Of a stretch of 64,000 nucleotides of DNA, positions 1 to 14,495 are shown one piece after another; position 1 is the first letter of the stretch, and every line of letters starts with the position of its first letter. Below the pieces are notes generated by a model that was not told where the DNA came from, searched no databases, and saw nothing but the letters and a program-made list of their open reading frames with translations. Source of the DNA: Octopus vulgaris (taxonomy: Eukaryota). The DNA lies in the NCBI GenBank assembly GCA_951406725.2, contig OX597821.1, positions 72,106,001-72,170,000 of the forward strand, given 5' to 3'. Position numbers and translations under genes: made by a program.

Positions 1-150
1 GTATGCATGTATATATTGACATATGACCAGCGTTGAACCCCTTATTCACATAATCACCGAACCTGGAACTTAACTATGGTCTGTATACAGCACTTATTCA
101 GCATTACCTGACACCTTTGGGCCTCAATGACACCATTACCTCTCATAACC

Positions 151-231
<81 letters not shown>

Positions 232-830
232 TAGCCACACTTCCTCCTGTGCATCAAGCAGTGAGACGTCTCTAAACATCCCGGCTTTGGATACAGCTGT
301 CTGCATCTTCACAGGTGATGTTAAGTCGCTTCAGATCTTCTCTGAAGGTAGCGCATCGTACATGCCTGTCTTTCTTCCTCCCTCTGGCGTTAACCAATGT
401 ATAACTGACATGGGTGGTTGGAAAACATGATCTGCAAGTTTTTTTGTCTTTTCGTCACAACCTTCCTACTGGCAGCGCAGATTGGGACACTTCTTTGGAC
501 TTCAGGGTTTGTGATTTTGTAAGTGACCTTAAGTGATCTAAAGTATTCGCTGTAAATGGACAACTTAAGTAGTCCCTGTAATTATTCCCCTTAAGCATTC
601 TACGTAGACACACCATTAGTGGAATACACTCAACCTCAGAGTGACCTTAGCCATCATTTACCAAGTTTCCCCTGTGTAGACTGATACAGTCTACGTATGA
701 AGCTTGCTAGCTTATTAGCCAGGGGCTTCATACGGTTGCTAATCGCAGTGCTGGGGCAGATCTTGCTCATTCCTCCGATTCTGGAGTCGATATCAGCCTC
801 AGGACCCTGTTCCGTAGCAATAATACAAGT
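232..830 (-). mobile_element. Decayed RTE-like LINE, RT and C-terminal remnants
   Basis: Minus-strand translation gives RT-like KLASFIRRLYQSTQGK and an RTE-type C-terminus ATFREDLKRLNITCEDA..SRDV*RRLTA; many stops and frameshifts; boundaries approximate. Confidence 0.5.
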
Positions 831-914
831 TCTTTGTCTCTCCTTGCCCACTGATTTGTACATACACATACAGCGATTCATATATCCATATCTACATATC
901 GACATACATATATC

Positions 915-1000
<86 letters not shown>

Positions 1001-1352
1001 CATATATAACTTAGAATAACTTAGAAAGGTTTTTGGCCAGTATTGGCCCAGGCCATGTCTAACTTAATAGCACCACCAGGCGAAGTCTTTCAGTTCAGGA
1101 TTTGGGCACCAAGGCCCATTCGAGCAGAGAGTTATTGTTTGCGGAGACATATCCGAGTGTGGGTGGTTTGTCCGGTACTGTTTGAAGGAATTTGTCCAAA
1201 GACTTCTTGAATTTTGTGTGGTCAGTTTCTTTTTTGACGTGTCCTGGTGTAATGTTGAAGAGAGCGGGTCCAATTGAGGTGAAATAGTTGTGCCGTATTG
1301 TCGTTATGTGATGTGATTTAGATTTTTGTTATATATACATACATATATACAT

Positions 1353-1385
<33 letters not shown>

Positions 1386-1632
1386 TACATACATACATAC
1401 ATACATACATACATACATACAAACATGCATACATACATACATACATATACATATATATATATATAGATATGTGTATATATATGTATATATATATATATAT
1501 ATAAGTTCAGTAAAAAATTTAGATTCAGTTGAATATGGTACTTAAGTTAAAGGCACTAGAATTTGGTATGGTATTATCGATATAATTCAGAATGGGGTGA
1601 TTACAATCAAAATAAGCAGCAAGGATATCTAG

Positions 1633-1669
<37 letters not shown>

Positions 1670-2257
1670 CATATGCATATACATGTTTCTCTTCTCTCTC
1701 TCTCTCTCTCCCTCGCTCGCTACCAAAGATACAATGAGCACCAGTGAACATTCATCTCAGACCTCAGTCATTCATAAAAACCCGTTCAATCCGTTTTAGA
1801 TAAATTCAAATGATTCAATGAATAGTTTGGTTGTTATTTCCTAATCTAGCCAATGGACACTGGAACTCTCGTGTTCCAGACTAAGTGCTCCAAGCTAAGC
1901 ATAAAAGTCTAATTGGGAAGAAAGAAACATCTCTAAGGGTCAACGGTCTTGCAGCCCTTTAAGAAAAATATGCCAAGTGTTTACGTAACTAAATACATAC
2001 ACATACAAGTATATACACACACACTCATATATATATATATATACATATATATTTATACATATACATATATCTACACACTCATATGTATATTGTATAAATG
2101 AGGTTTAAATGTGTGTTTATATATATATGCGTGTGCATGTGTGTGTGTATACTCACACAAGGCATATATACACACACACATATTTATATATATACATTAT
2201 ATATGTATATCTATACGTAAACTCATATATGATATATAATATAATATTGTATGTGTT

Positions 2258-2363
<106 letters not shown>

Positions 2364-2918
2364 TGTGTTTGTACATGTGAATGAAAGTATGTCAATAAGG
2401 AGCGGAAGTAATAACCGTTATTGAGACTGTAGTGTCATCTCTAAAATTATCTGCTAATTTTCTTTAAGCTTCAACATGTTTCTACACACATCCGTGTCAG
2501 AAGTCAACTTAGGATGAGTCTTGTCAAGTCTTGTCAAAGTAGTTTGTTGTTTTAACGCTATTAACGAGGTTATCTAATGTCAATTATACAACATCCTTTA
2601 CTTTGCGCGGTCTTTTTACAACTCTTCTATACAACTCTTCTATATAACTTTTCTCTATCTAGTCTAAAGCAATTCTGCATCTATCTTCATAATAATTTCC
2701 TCACCTATTTTGATATATTCATTATCACTGTATATGTAGTTATATAATAAATTTTATAAAGTAATGTCAAAAGGTATAGTCATTTTAAAGCAACGGTTTC
2801 CAACTGGTCCAGGCCGCAAACCAGTATCGAGTTCCTTTGATACCAGGTTGCACAGAAAAGATAGATTTTTTCTCTTTTATTTCTATTTCCTGAATATCGC
2901 AGTCTGCATGGTGTTTTG

Positions 2919-3009
<91 letters not shown>

Positions 3010-3065
3010 GTATCGTCTTCTAAATGTTTTATGTTCTTGTCCCAGTTTGTATTTTTCTACATATG

Positions 3066-3123
<58 letters not shown>

Positions 3124-3167
3124 TGTGTTTAATATGCATGTATTATATGCATAATAATTAAATTATA

Positions 3168-4467
3168 TTGAGTTGGCAACTAAGTTCCTGCCGTTTTTTT
3201 TAATTCTGGAATTTATTGGGTTTTTAAATTTTGGAATCTATTTATTTCCAGAATTCTATTTTTGAATCAGTTTGATATCTATTTTGCTTTTTGTTTTTTT
3301 TTTTTGTTTTTTGTCTATTTAATTTTAGTTAAATTTTGTTTATTAAAATTGAATGTCAAGTTAAGGAAAACGAGCATTTTCGACGCCTCCTTCTTTTTGC
3401 TTTTAATCAGGGTTCTTAGGCCTCAAAAGCTACTTGCGACATTTGTGTTGTGTGTGGAGAAGCTGCCATAGCTGAAAGAACCTCTCGTTATTGGTATGCC
3501 AAGTTGAAAAATGGAAATTTTGACCTCAAAGATGCACCACATTCTGGCCGTCCAGTTGAGTTTGATGAAGAGCGATTAAACCAATTTTTGAACGAAAATT
3601 CTCGTCAAACGACAAGGAAACTGGTAGAGAAAATGGAATGCTCCCACACTGCTATAGAGAAGCATCTTCACTCGATGGTAAAGGTTCAGAAGTATGGAGG
3701 CATGAGTTCCGCATGCTTTAAGTGACAACAGCAAAGTTCAACGAGTCACAATCTCCGCTAGTTTGCTTGCTCGTCACCGCTCAACTCATGGACACAAGCA
3801 ACGATTGCTTTACCGAATTGTTATTGGCGACGAAAAATGGTGCCTGTACATCAATATGAAGCAGCGTAAGGAATAGATTAGCCCCGTAAACAAGCGACAT
3901 CGCGCGTGAAACATCTTCATCCGCGTAAAACGATGTTGTGCATATGGTGGGACTGGGAAGGGATTATCCATTACGAATTGCTTGAACGGAACCAAACGGT
4001 CAACGCGGAACTCTATGTTCCACATATGGAACAACTCAACACGGCTATTCAAGAGAAAAGACCTAATCGGCAGCATAGAGCTCTTCTGCTGCACGACAAC
4101 GCCCGCCCTCATATCGCCAATATGACCAAGGAAGCCATTCAAACGCATGGCTGGGAAGAGCTGTAACACCCGCCGCACTCTTCTGATTTGGCACCAACGG
4201 ATTTCCACCTCTTTCCATCTCTTTCAAATGCTATGTGTGGAGTTTCGTTCAATACTGATACAGAATTAAGAGGTTGATTGAATTAATTTTTCGAGTCGAA
4301 ATCGGGTGATTTCTACCTACGAGGTATTGAAAATCGCGTTGAACGTTGGGAAGAAGTTTTAAACAACAAGGGTCAATACATTATTGATTAATTAGTTGTT
4401 ATTTTTTATTAAACCGTTTAAAAAATTTTAATTTAAAAAAACCGCGAGAACTTAGTTGCCAACCCAA
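3168..4467 (+). mobile_element. Full-length (1.3 kb) decayed mariner transposon
   Basis: TIRs ttgagttggcaactaagttcctgccgttt / aaaccgcgagaacttagttgccaacccaa, TA dinucleotide on both sides (3166-67, 4468-69); mariner transposase motifs inside. Confidence 0.95.
3349..4392 (+). pseudogene. Mariner DD34D transposase pseudogene
   Basis: Fragments: HTH region DAPHSGRPVEFDEERL, VIGDEKW, LCIWWDWEGIIHYELL, LHDNARPH, HPPHSSDLAPTDFHLF; frameshifts and stops. Confidence 0.9.
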
Positions 4468-5982
4468 TATATTCGGCATTTTATTGTGCGTTGGTATGTA
4501 CATGATATTCTGCTCCGTGGAAAAATAGACCCGCATGAAACCGGTCGATGGTATGAAAAGAGTCTGGGATTACTGCACCAAAAGAAGAGCATACTTAAGA
4601 GCATTGGAAGCAGAAAGAATAAAAATCCTGTTGCTGCCAAGACAGGACAGTATGGTTACAATTCTCCTGTGTTCCTGAAATCTTGCTGTTTTCCTTTTAA
4701 TAAAAAAAGGCGAATGTATTCTATTTTATTCCCGTTTTATAACATGAAGAGACATTTGATGACGTAGGCTGTCAGTAATTTCCTCAGACTCAATTAATTG
4801 TTTAACTCATGTGCAGCCCTGATTGGACAAACCTAGGATTAAATGCATACATGTCGTTATCATTATCAGGAATACCCTTCTTCTTTTTAAAGACTGTAAG
4901 GTGAGATTTGAGGGAGATTTGGCTGCTATTTCTAGCAAAGTCTAGTGACCTTCTCGTTAACTTGCTCGACTGTAATGATTTTCTTTGTTGACAGAAACAG
5001 AAAATATTAAAAGATAAAAGATGTGTTAAGTAACATAGACACAGAGAACGTTATTATAAACATCAGTGTGTCACCCAAGATATTGTTTTAGGCTGAGCCC
5101 CTGTCACATTTTTAACTACAACGGCTCTTAAATCCCACCGGAATTTTCTTTAAGTGCAGTCACATGTGATTAAAAACAGATATTATTTCTTCTGCAATGA
5201 AAGTGAGGCGTGTCAGCCGCTTGAACGTACCAATAGAAAATATAGCACGTACGTACATACACGCATTTATATATACACACACATGTATATATATTTATGT
5301 GTGTGTGTGTGTGTGTGTGTGTACGTACATAGATACCAACAGATAAATATAAGAAACCTAGGGTAACTGAGTAAATAGAACTAAATATAGAAATAAATAT
5401 TTATACAGAATAACAGAGATGCGTAGATCATTTACTTTAAACTTACACCGACACAAAGTGAGATATTAGAAGAACGAGAAGGACGTCGAACCGAATGAAA
5501 CTACCCTAGTATACAACTGGTATTTGTTTTATTGACTACACGGGATAGTGGAAGGAAAAGACGGCCGTGACAAGAATTCACCTCAGAACATAACAGGCCA
5601 TACTGAATAGAACAAAGGCTTTTATCCCGATGCAGAGACCGCTTCTGCCGTTCGGTTGTGTTGAACTATTCAGTTATAGAAACATAAAGATAGAGTGATG
5701 ATAAAAATTAAAATGCGAAAGAGGTCGTATAAGATGGCGGTCATAAGAGATGCGATTATAAATTTAATGTCTAATGCATATTGTTTTCTTATCGTTTCTA
5801 GGATCTGATTGGTTCTTTATGAACTGCCAAAGGATAAAGCACAAAGCTGCACCAGCTGAGATTTGATAAAGGTAGGCCCTCGACATTAATGTCACGAGTT
5901 CTAGAACTGATAGAGTTACTTACGCAGTTTTCCTTGGTAAATAAGCGATCGAGATCACAATATTCCTCCTGAGTTACTCATT

Positions 5983-6110
5983 TACAGCTGAAGCAACATG
6001 AAATGAAGTGTTTTGCTCAAGAACACAACACACCTTCCAGTCCTGGAATCGAAACCACAATCTTGCGATAGTGAATACGACACCCTAACAACGCACCTAG
6101 GCCACGCGCC
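5983..6110 (-). mobile_element. tRNA-headed SINE fragment (family D)
   Basis: Minus strand reads ggcgcgtggcctagg...gtggtttcgattccagg...tgttgtgttcttgagcaaaacacttcatttcatgttgc (pol III A/B-box-like head); relatives at about 26300, 39215 and 44695. Confidence 0.6.
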
Positions 6111-6289
6111 ATACCAGAATGTAAAATGAATGTAACTAAATAGTACAAGACATATTATTCGCCGCATAACTGAATCTACTCTTGACGTCGTTAATGTCTA
6201 AAACAGATTAGAAGCTAGAATCTAATATCCATATCTCTACTGGCAACAACAAAGCTACATTTGTTGTGTAAAATATCTGTATTATCTTT

Positions 6290-6470
6290 CTGCAAATAGT
6301 CCAGAAAAGCTAGTGGCCATTACTGAAGTTGCAGAGAAGGCCACTTGGTGGTTTTGGATTAAAAAAAGCAGGCTGATGTTTTACTTTGACTGACCCGGTT
6401 GGGTCAAATGGGTGATAGCGTCTGAAACACAAGAAACATCATTGATGTTGCTTCTAATAGTATCCCTGAG
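6290..6470 (+). mobile_element. Possible 3' end of a HERO-like RLE non-LTR retrotransposon
   Basis: Translation AITEVAEKATWWFWIKK resembles the AAE(R/K)AS.WLW(L/I)KR C-terminus of HERO-clade elements, followed by a UTR-like segment. Confidence 0.4.
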
Positions 6471-6584
6471 ATGTATCTTGGGATTAAATTAAGTATAAGG
6501 GAATAAAATAATAAATGATAAACAGTAGTAGATACGATGATAAAGTAACGAAATAGCAATAGTCATGACGTATATAGGGATGAA

Positions 6585-6620
<36 letters not shown>

Positions 6621-6627
<7 letters not shown>

Positions 6628-6848
6628 GAGTGTATTTTTACCTTGTTAACAATTAACACGGAAAAATAAATAAATAGTTACCAGGGCAGCAAAAATCTCA
6701 CAAGTAAAGTTGTTGTAACTCCTTGTTTATAGAAGAGAAGATTGCATTGTTTATACCATTTATTCTTTTGAATAGTATCAGTGGAATTTTCGAAACATGT
6801 GTCGAAAGTAAAAATATTTGTTTACACCTGCGTTAACTCCATTTTTTA

Positions 6849-6852
<4 letters not shown>
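6621..6852 (+). mobile_element. Short Penelope-like terminal fragment between (TA)n tracts, with a decayed hammerhead
   Basis: Homologous to both ends of 28959-29690 (aacacggaaaa..ttaccagggcagcaaaa; gagaagattgcatt..ttcgaaacatgtgtcgaaagtaaaa); CTGATGA core lost. Confidence 0.6.
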
Positions 6853-6926
<74 letters not shown>

Positions 6927-7636
6927 CGTAAATGTCAAACGATGAAAATGAGTACTTAATAGCGCATTGGTGAAATTAATTTCTTTATTTGTGAATTAAG
7001 GCTATCATTGGTTTCATGTTAAGAAAAGTAGAAATGTCTGTCGTCCTTGGAATTGTGTATACATTAGTATTTTACACTCAAATTCTTCAAAGAAGAGTCA
7101 CCATCTGCAACTTCAACCCCACCAGAATAGGCCCTTTCCTGAATGTGAAATCTGAACACACAGAAGAAATACGCCCCAGTGACGAACTACCTCAGTATAC
7201 AAATATAACAATACCTCGCCCAGAACAAAGACAAAATTAAACAAACAAATTAACCACACAGCAATTTGCCGAAAAGACAAATCCAAGGGAAACAATCATT
7301 CAAAAGATACCACCCTAGAGTAACAGCCCTTGATTCATTGTTTTATTCACGTGAATTTACGAGAATCTCCGCGAAAAAAAGCGAGGCTGTCTTTCCAAAA
7401 TGGAGGCGAACGCCTTTCTCCAAGCGATCGGCTGGAAAAATTAAGACACTTGTTTTCTTTATTCAAAATTTGAACAGAACTTATGGGATGACTTGATACA
7501 TGGCATGATTAGACAGTCACAAACAGGACATGAAACATAAAAATGTCAATTAATAGAAAGTATAAACATTTACAAGTTAAAATAAACATAAGACGAGGTT
7601 TTATGTGGTGTCTATTTACTTCTGTCGTGTCTGTGT

Positions 7637-7703
<67 letters not shown>

Positions 7704-7824
7704 TGTGCATACATTTATATGCGCGCACATATATTATATATAAATATATATACATATACATACATACACACATGCATACATACATACATACATACATACA
7801 TACATACATACATACATACATACA

Positions 7825-7858
<34 letters not shown>

Positions 7859-8115
7859 CTCTGTGTGTCGGCTATATGAGGATACATTTTTTAAGAAGCA
7901 TAAGTGGGTTTCACGTCCACAAAGCGCTTAGCTTTACGGCATGTGTGTGTGTTATATAATTCCTGCTGGTCTATAGGAACCCACAAGTTAACAGGGTCAC
8001 TTAAGATCGATAGCCAAAGGGAGACAATCCTTTGTTGTTGACTTTGAGTAACGAGGTTCTTTCCTCCATTTACTACAGTGGCCGCCCGCTAGAGAGGCCA
8101 TAAGCCAATAAGCTT

Positions 8116-8176
8116 GGGACCTGATGATACGCCGTAAAGCTAAGCGCTTTGTGGACGTGAAACCCAGAGTAATCCG
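8116..8176 (+). ncRNA. Putative hammerhead ribozyme (partly degenerate)
   Basis: ggac-CTGATGA-t-acgccgtaaagc..gctttgtggacgt-GAAA-cccagag-TA-atcc; stem II pairs, stem I has a C.A mismatch at the core. Confidence 0.5.
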
Positions 8177-8320
8177 ATAAACCGGCCTTATCTAACTTTA
8201 TATATATATGTGTGTATGTCAGTGTGTGTGTGAGATAAGCCATGCTCACGTATATATGACATATATACTGCTAATATATAAATGCCGACATAAGTATTCC
8301 CACACGAACACACACACGTA

Positions 8321-8381
<61 letters not shown>

Positions 8382-8521
8382 GCACAAACACAAGCGCCGG
8401 ATATACACGCGTGCCTGTATCAGTTTGAGTGTGTGTGGTTCCCTGAAATTTCAATTAATCACTTTGTTATATTAATTAATTATACCAAATATATATACAT
8501 TCATATACATATGTTTGTGTA

Positions 8522-8627
<106 letters not shown>

Positions 8628-8675
8628 TGTATGTATATATGAATGTATATAAGTCTCTCTCTCTCTCTCAGACAG

Positions 8676-8708
<33 letters not shown>

Positions 8709-8726
8709 ACATATATATATATACAT

Positions 8727-8814
<88 letters not shown>

Positions 8815-9252
8815 TCATATATACATATATGTATATAAACGTAGAGAGAGAGAGAGAAATGGAAAGATATTTACGCACATTGATCCATTAACTACACGCA
8901 AGTTTGCAGAAACGTGCTCTCACGCATGCACACACACACACACACACGCAGGCATGCACACGCACATACACACACACGCATGCACGCACGCACGCACACA
9001 TACATACATACATACCCCACGTTGCATTTCATTTAAATATCTGCCACAATATAACTATTGTAGCCAAGCTTGGTCTCCCGAGAGGAAGGCTGTCGGAAGA
9101 GGGCCGTGGTGTTTCTTTATAAAAGAAGGCTTTATGGTATCAACAGGGCTGACGTCAGCAACAGCTACGGCACACTGGAGCAGGTTTCCTGCCGTAACAC
9201 TTTGTCTTGTTTTGATAACTGAATCGAGGCTTTTAAGGTTCAAAGACAATTG

Positions 9253-9870
9253 GGTGGTGGTGGTGGTGGTGGTGGTGGTGGTGGTGGTGGTGGTGGTGGT
9301 GGTGGTGGTGGTGGTGGTGGTGGTGGTGGCGGTCATGGTGGTGGTGGTGCTGGTGGTCCTGGTGGTGGTGGTGCTGGTGGTGGTGCTGGTGGTGCTGGTG
9401 CTGGTGGTAGTGGTGGTGGTGGTGGTGGTGCTGGTGCTGGTGCTGGTGGTGCTGGTGGTGGTGCTGGTGGTGGTTGTGGTTGAGGTGGTGCTGGTGGTGC
9501 TGGTGGTGGTAGTGGTGCTGGTGGTGCTGGTGGTGATGCTGGTGGTGGTGCTGGTTGTGGTGGTGATTGTGGTGGTGGTGGTGGTGATAGTGATGCTGGT
9601 GCTGGTGGTGCTGGTGTTGATGGTGGTGGTAGTGGTGGTGGTGGTGGAAGTGCTGCTGCTTGTATTCATTGTCGTCGTGATGGTCATAGTGGTGATGGTG
9701 TTGGAGAGGGCGGTGGCAGTGGTGTTAGCGGTAGCAGTGATGATCGTGGCTGTCGTGGTGGTCGTGGTGGTGTTGGTGATTATGTTTATGATGGAGGTGC
9801 AATACAAAATGTTTGTTTGTGGTGGTCGTGGTTGTACTTGTCGGTGAAGAAGGTGGTAGCGGTGGTGTTT
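9253..9870. repeat. Long degenerate (GGT)n/(GCT) trinucleotide repeat
   Basis: About 600 bp of ggt/gct triplets; explains the poly-V/T/G ORFs. Confidence 0.95.
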
Positions 9871-10089
9871 CTGTTGACTAATCTTAGATCAGTCCTATAA
9901 TAAAACACATTCCAGCCGTAGCCTTCCGTCTTACTCCCAGAAATAGTATATATATATATATATATATATAGGAGCAAATTAGCCTATGCTGTCATTCTGT
10001 TTTCTAAGACGGCAAGCAATGGTTTGGAAACATATGGCTGCTCTTTCTAGCGGACTAAGCGACAACGTAGAGGCTCCATTGCAGGTGGA

Positions 10090-10132
<43 letters not shown>

Positions 10133-10142
10133 CGACGATGAC

Positions 10143-10233
<91 letters not shown>
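10090..10233. repeat. (ATG)n microsatellite
   Basis: Direct sequence; explains poly-M/H/I ORFs. Confidence 0.95.
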
Positions 10234-10484
10234 GGAAAAACAGTATTGGTTTCTGGCACTAAAGTTTGTAGCGGTAATGTTAAAGGTAGAAGTGTTGATG
10301 AGGGTGGCGACAGCAACGGTGGAAATGGTTGTGATAGTGGGAATGGTGGTGGTGGTGGTGGTGGTGGTAGGGTCGGGGTTCATGAAGCTGAAGGAGATCC
10401 CATTCATCAATTCTGTTGTTGTGTAAATATATACTTAAACACCTGCACGTGTTCAGTTATGTATGTATTTATGCGTGTGTGTAC

Positions 10485-10531
<47 letters not shown>

Positions 10532-10581
10532 CACACACAAACGCACAGATACTTTCACACAGAGGCACATATATGTATGTA

Positions 10582-10629
<48 letters not shown>

Positions 10630-10716
10630 CATGCGTGTGAGTGTGTGTATATATATACACATACACACATATATGTATTTGTATATATATAAACACATAC
10701 ACACATTATATACATG

Positions 10717-10758
<42 letters not shown>

Positions 10759-11012
10759 TGTATGTATATATATAAAACTTAAGGGAGTAGGGATTTAAAA
10801 TTCAGGGGGTCACCATTTGATCACACTGATACAATCCAGATCTGGCTAACCCCATCGAATGATATGGAACACTCAGAATCATTTAAGATGAACGCTAAAA
10901 GTGTAATGCTTTCGATAGGTGAGTCTTGAGTTCGCTTCCTTGGATTTCATGTAGCGTAGAGAGTCTACAATCAAGAAGAGTAGTGACGCAGAGAATTATA
11001 TACAGTTTCAAC

Positions 11013-11099
<87 letters not shown>

Positions 11100-11235
11100 G
11101 AGAGAAAGAGGACTTTTTAAAAAGTTTCCTACCGATGATGGTTATATTTCCATACCGAAATCTACCCGGAAATAATTGTTGATTTTGAAATTAATAATTA
11201 CTTACCCTTATATTATTAATATATATATATATATA

Positions 11236-11994
11236 CGAGCAAAACGCCCCCCCCCCGACCAATGGACGGTGCTGAGTTGTCAAACATCTAAACCAAATTT
11301 TCTCAAAACAGCTTGTCCGACCGTCCCATAGGCATCCCCTTTGAGAAACACTGATTTAACCTAAATTTGAGACACCAGCAAAAGAAGAAATAAAGTTACA
11401 CTTTTTTTTCTATTCCAAAGGAAAACGATTTTATTCACACAAATATGCAACCGAAGAGTTCAAAGTACCAGTAATGATAAGGCCGTTGACTTGGAGAACA
11501 CAAACATGGTTTAAACAGTAAGCTTGGCAGGAAAGAAACGTGCCTTTAAGCAGAACAAAAACAACAACAAAATGGAAAGTGCAGTTATGTACAGGTTGAC
11601 AGAAGAAAAGCAGGACAAAAACGATGCATGCAAATGGGTTTTGAAGAAAATATCTCTTTTGCATCTTACTTTTTTGGTCTCATAAATATACTGCATTTTG
11701 TGGTATTATTTCAAGCCAGCCGGCTTTTTTTGCGCAAACTTCACGTGCATTTTTCTCGCGTACGCGTAGTATAGATCGCAACAGCTGATCTACTTGCGCA
11801 TACAAATGCACGTTCCCACGGCTTTATCGATCGCATTCTACCCTGGAATCGATTTTTGTAATTTTTTTCAAGACTTATATACTCCCTGATACCGTCGGTA
11901 TCTATATATCAAATTTGAGCGCCATCGGATGGAGGACGACCGAAATCCTAGAACACACACACACAGACAGACAGAACGGATTTTATAAAAGAGA
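11236..11994 (-). mobile_element. Non-autonomous Helitron
   Basis: Minus-strand 5' end A|TCTCTTTTATAAAATCCGTTCTGTCTGTCTG; 3' subterminal hairpin ccgacca-a-tggacgg and a CTAG-like end (CTCG) followed by T. Confidence 0.6.
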
Positions 11995-11995
11995 T

Positions 11996-14435
11996 TAGGG
12001 TTATGACTTTCTGATTTCTTTAGAAGTAAACAATTTCCTGTATTAAAAGTCGATGAAGAATTTCATATAAGTAGGGAAAATAATCTTTATTTTAAGTTGT
12101 TTTTTTTTAAAACCGTCACCACCCAACGGAAGAAATCTAATACCATTTTTTACCGAAATCATGCAAAATTCTAGCGGGTTTCATAATTCCTACTCAAGTT
12201 TTTACCAGGTGTGTAGACTTAATGCAATGCAGAAGCAGTATATCGCAAATTTCAGCTTTCAAGTTTACGTAATTTAAAAGTTATAGAGTTTTTAATTTGT
12301 TACCATTTAGGCCCTGCTTTAGGAAATATCCTCTTCCTCTCTTTTTTATTTCTGTGACGCTAAAAACTTTGACTATATTAACTGTTTTTCAAAATAGTAG
12401 GCTTATCCAACTAGAGTATCTAAAACAATGTCTAATAAGAGAAGTGCTTGTGTCACTCAAAGATGCAAAAACATCTGGACGAAGAATCTCGCGCGATTTC
12501 AATATTCACAGGAAAAGAAGACCTGTTCCTCTAGAAGAGCATTCTTTGGAAAACAACTTCAGGATACCAATGAAACTTCAAATTGTCTGGCGCTACCTGT
12601 TCCTTGTTCCTTGGAAATAACACCAAAGGAAGGATAGTAAGAACAAAAGAAATTTCGAAATAAGTAACTTTTTTATGGCAAAAGAAATTAAATTTCCCAT
12701 GTTTCTCAATTCGAAATGTACAAACAAAAGTAGAAAAGTGCTGAATACCTACGATAAATGTGTAAAACGAGGAAAATACGATTCATTGAAAGGAATTTTT
12801 GACAGCACAAAGGAAAACAATGAATGGTTGTGCAGTGAGGATAGAAGGTTTTATTATCTCCAAAAGAAGAAAAGTGTCTGAAACTGAGACCGAAAGGGAA
12901 TATCAAGAATCCGAAAAATCAGATAAAGAATCCAAGCTTTGAACCCCAAAAGCAGCAACAGTTTGTTGACAATTATCTCAAGATGGAATCAATGTCGAAA
13001 CTCCTTTGCAATCTGGTATTTACAGATTGACTATCAAAGAAGTTGTTAAACTAAAAAAGAAAACGAAGAAAACACTGTATTTAGAAAACTTGTCATTGCA
13101 TTTTGTTGGTAAACTTCTTAATGACCAAGAATACCAAGTGCTAGTTTTAAAGAATGGACAGGGTGAAGTTAAGTTAGAAGCACTCCAATTAGCAGACGGA
13201 AAAGCCGATCCTGTTGTGAAAGGAATAAGAGCTGTTTTAAATGGATACAATTTATGGAACTGTATAAAGATGATTGTCGCTGATACAATGAGTGTGAACA
13301 CTGGGAAAAGAAATGGCATTGTCATACAGTTGCAAAGATTATTTGCTCAAAAGGGTTTGAAAGAACCGCAATTTATTGGTTGTCAGCATCATGTCCTTGA
13401 TAGAGATCTTCGTGTTGTAATGGATAGCGGACTTGGAGGAAAAAAGTCATCTCCCAATATTAAATGTACATTCATCCCAGAGCTTCTAAGTAATTACGAG
13501 AAACTCCAGGCTAATTTCAACAATGGTGAAGAAAAGATTCTTGAATCAGCAGGATGGTGAAAAGCCATGAAATTTCTATTTCATTTTCGCCAGAGTTTTT
13601 CGTTTCTTTGAAGAAACCGGCAAATTTCCTACTATAAAGTTTCAAAAATACCCAGCTTATGTAATGCAAGATGGAATTCTCGAGCAATACTAGCTCCTTT
13701 GGCATTTATTCTTCTACCAGAGAAAAGAGTTTTGCTTCTCAATGTTTGTCAGTAAACCCCAAATCTGTCGATTCATCTCTTACAGCTGAGCAGATTTGGG
13801 GTTTACAGACCAAATGTTCACTACACATGATTATCAGAAGTTATGTGGTAGCCTGCAAGTTCATGAAAAGAAGCATTGAACTCTGTAAAAAACTTTTGGA
13901 GTCAAGACCCATCAAAAATGGAAATTCCTAGAACAAATCAGAGTGCAGAAAGGGCAATCAAGTACCTTCAAGATCTTTATGACGTTTGTAAAAAGAAGGA
14001 GAAACTTCAGCTTCGATTTATTTTATCTAATAAAACAGGTTAATTCTTTATGCTTAAAAATTTGCTAACATTCAGCACCCTTTTTCTTATGCAGTTATTT
14101 AAAATTAGAATTAAACCTTTGAAGTTTAAAATATGTATTGTTTTTAATTTTGTATGTTATCAAATGCTTGTAGTGGCCTCTGTTATAAAATAGCCTAGTT
14201 TTGAACCTTTGCATAGAGCAATTTCGATTCAGTAATCTTTAAAATGTATAAATACACTTTTATTCAACATCACTCTTGCGTTTACAAAGACTTAAGCAGT
14301 GGAAATACTGAAGTGTGAATCTAATGCCACCTAGTGATTATAGTTTTAAAAGCCCATAACTCCGAAACTTCTTCAACTAGAAAGCTGAAATTTCAGATAA
14401 CTTCTTTCTGTATTGCATTGAGTCAGCACACCACT
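11996..14435 (+). mobile_element. Decayed hAT-superfamily (hATm-like) DNA transposon
   Basis: Imperfect ~90-bp subterminal inverted repeats (12208-12295 vs 14345-14432) enclose a transposase relic; outer ends approximate. Confidence 0.7.
12675..14043 (+). pseudogene. hAT-type transposase pseudogene
   Basis: Motifs ADTMSVNTG (catalytic D), FIGCQHHVLD (CxxH), NARWNSRAI, RTNQSAERAIK (catalytic E), split by frameshifts and stops. Confidence 0.75.
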
Positions 14436-14495
14436 TACATACATACATACATACATACATATACACACACACTTACGCACACACACATATATATT

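Noticed and set aside
5802-5872. Possible exon (tttctag...aag|gtagg)
   Set aside because: Stops in all three frames; resembles a decayed SINE
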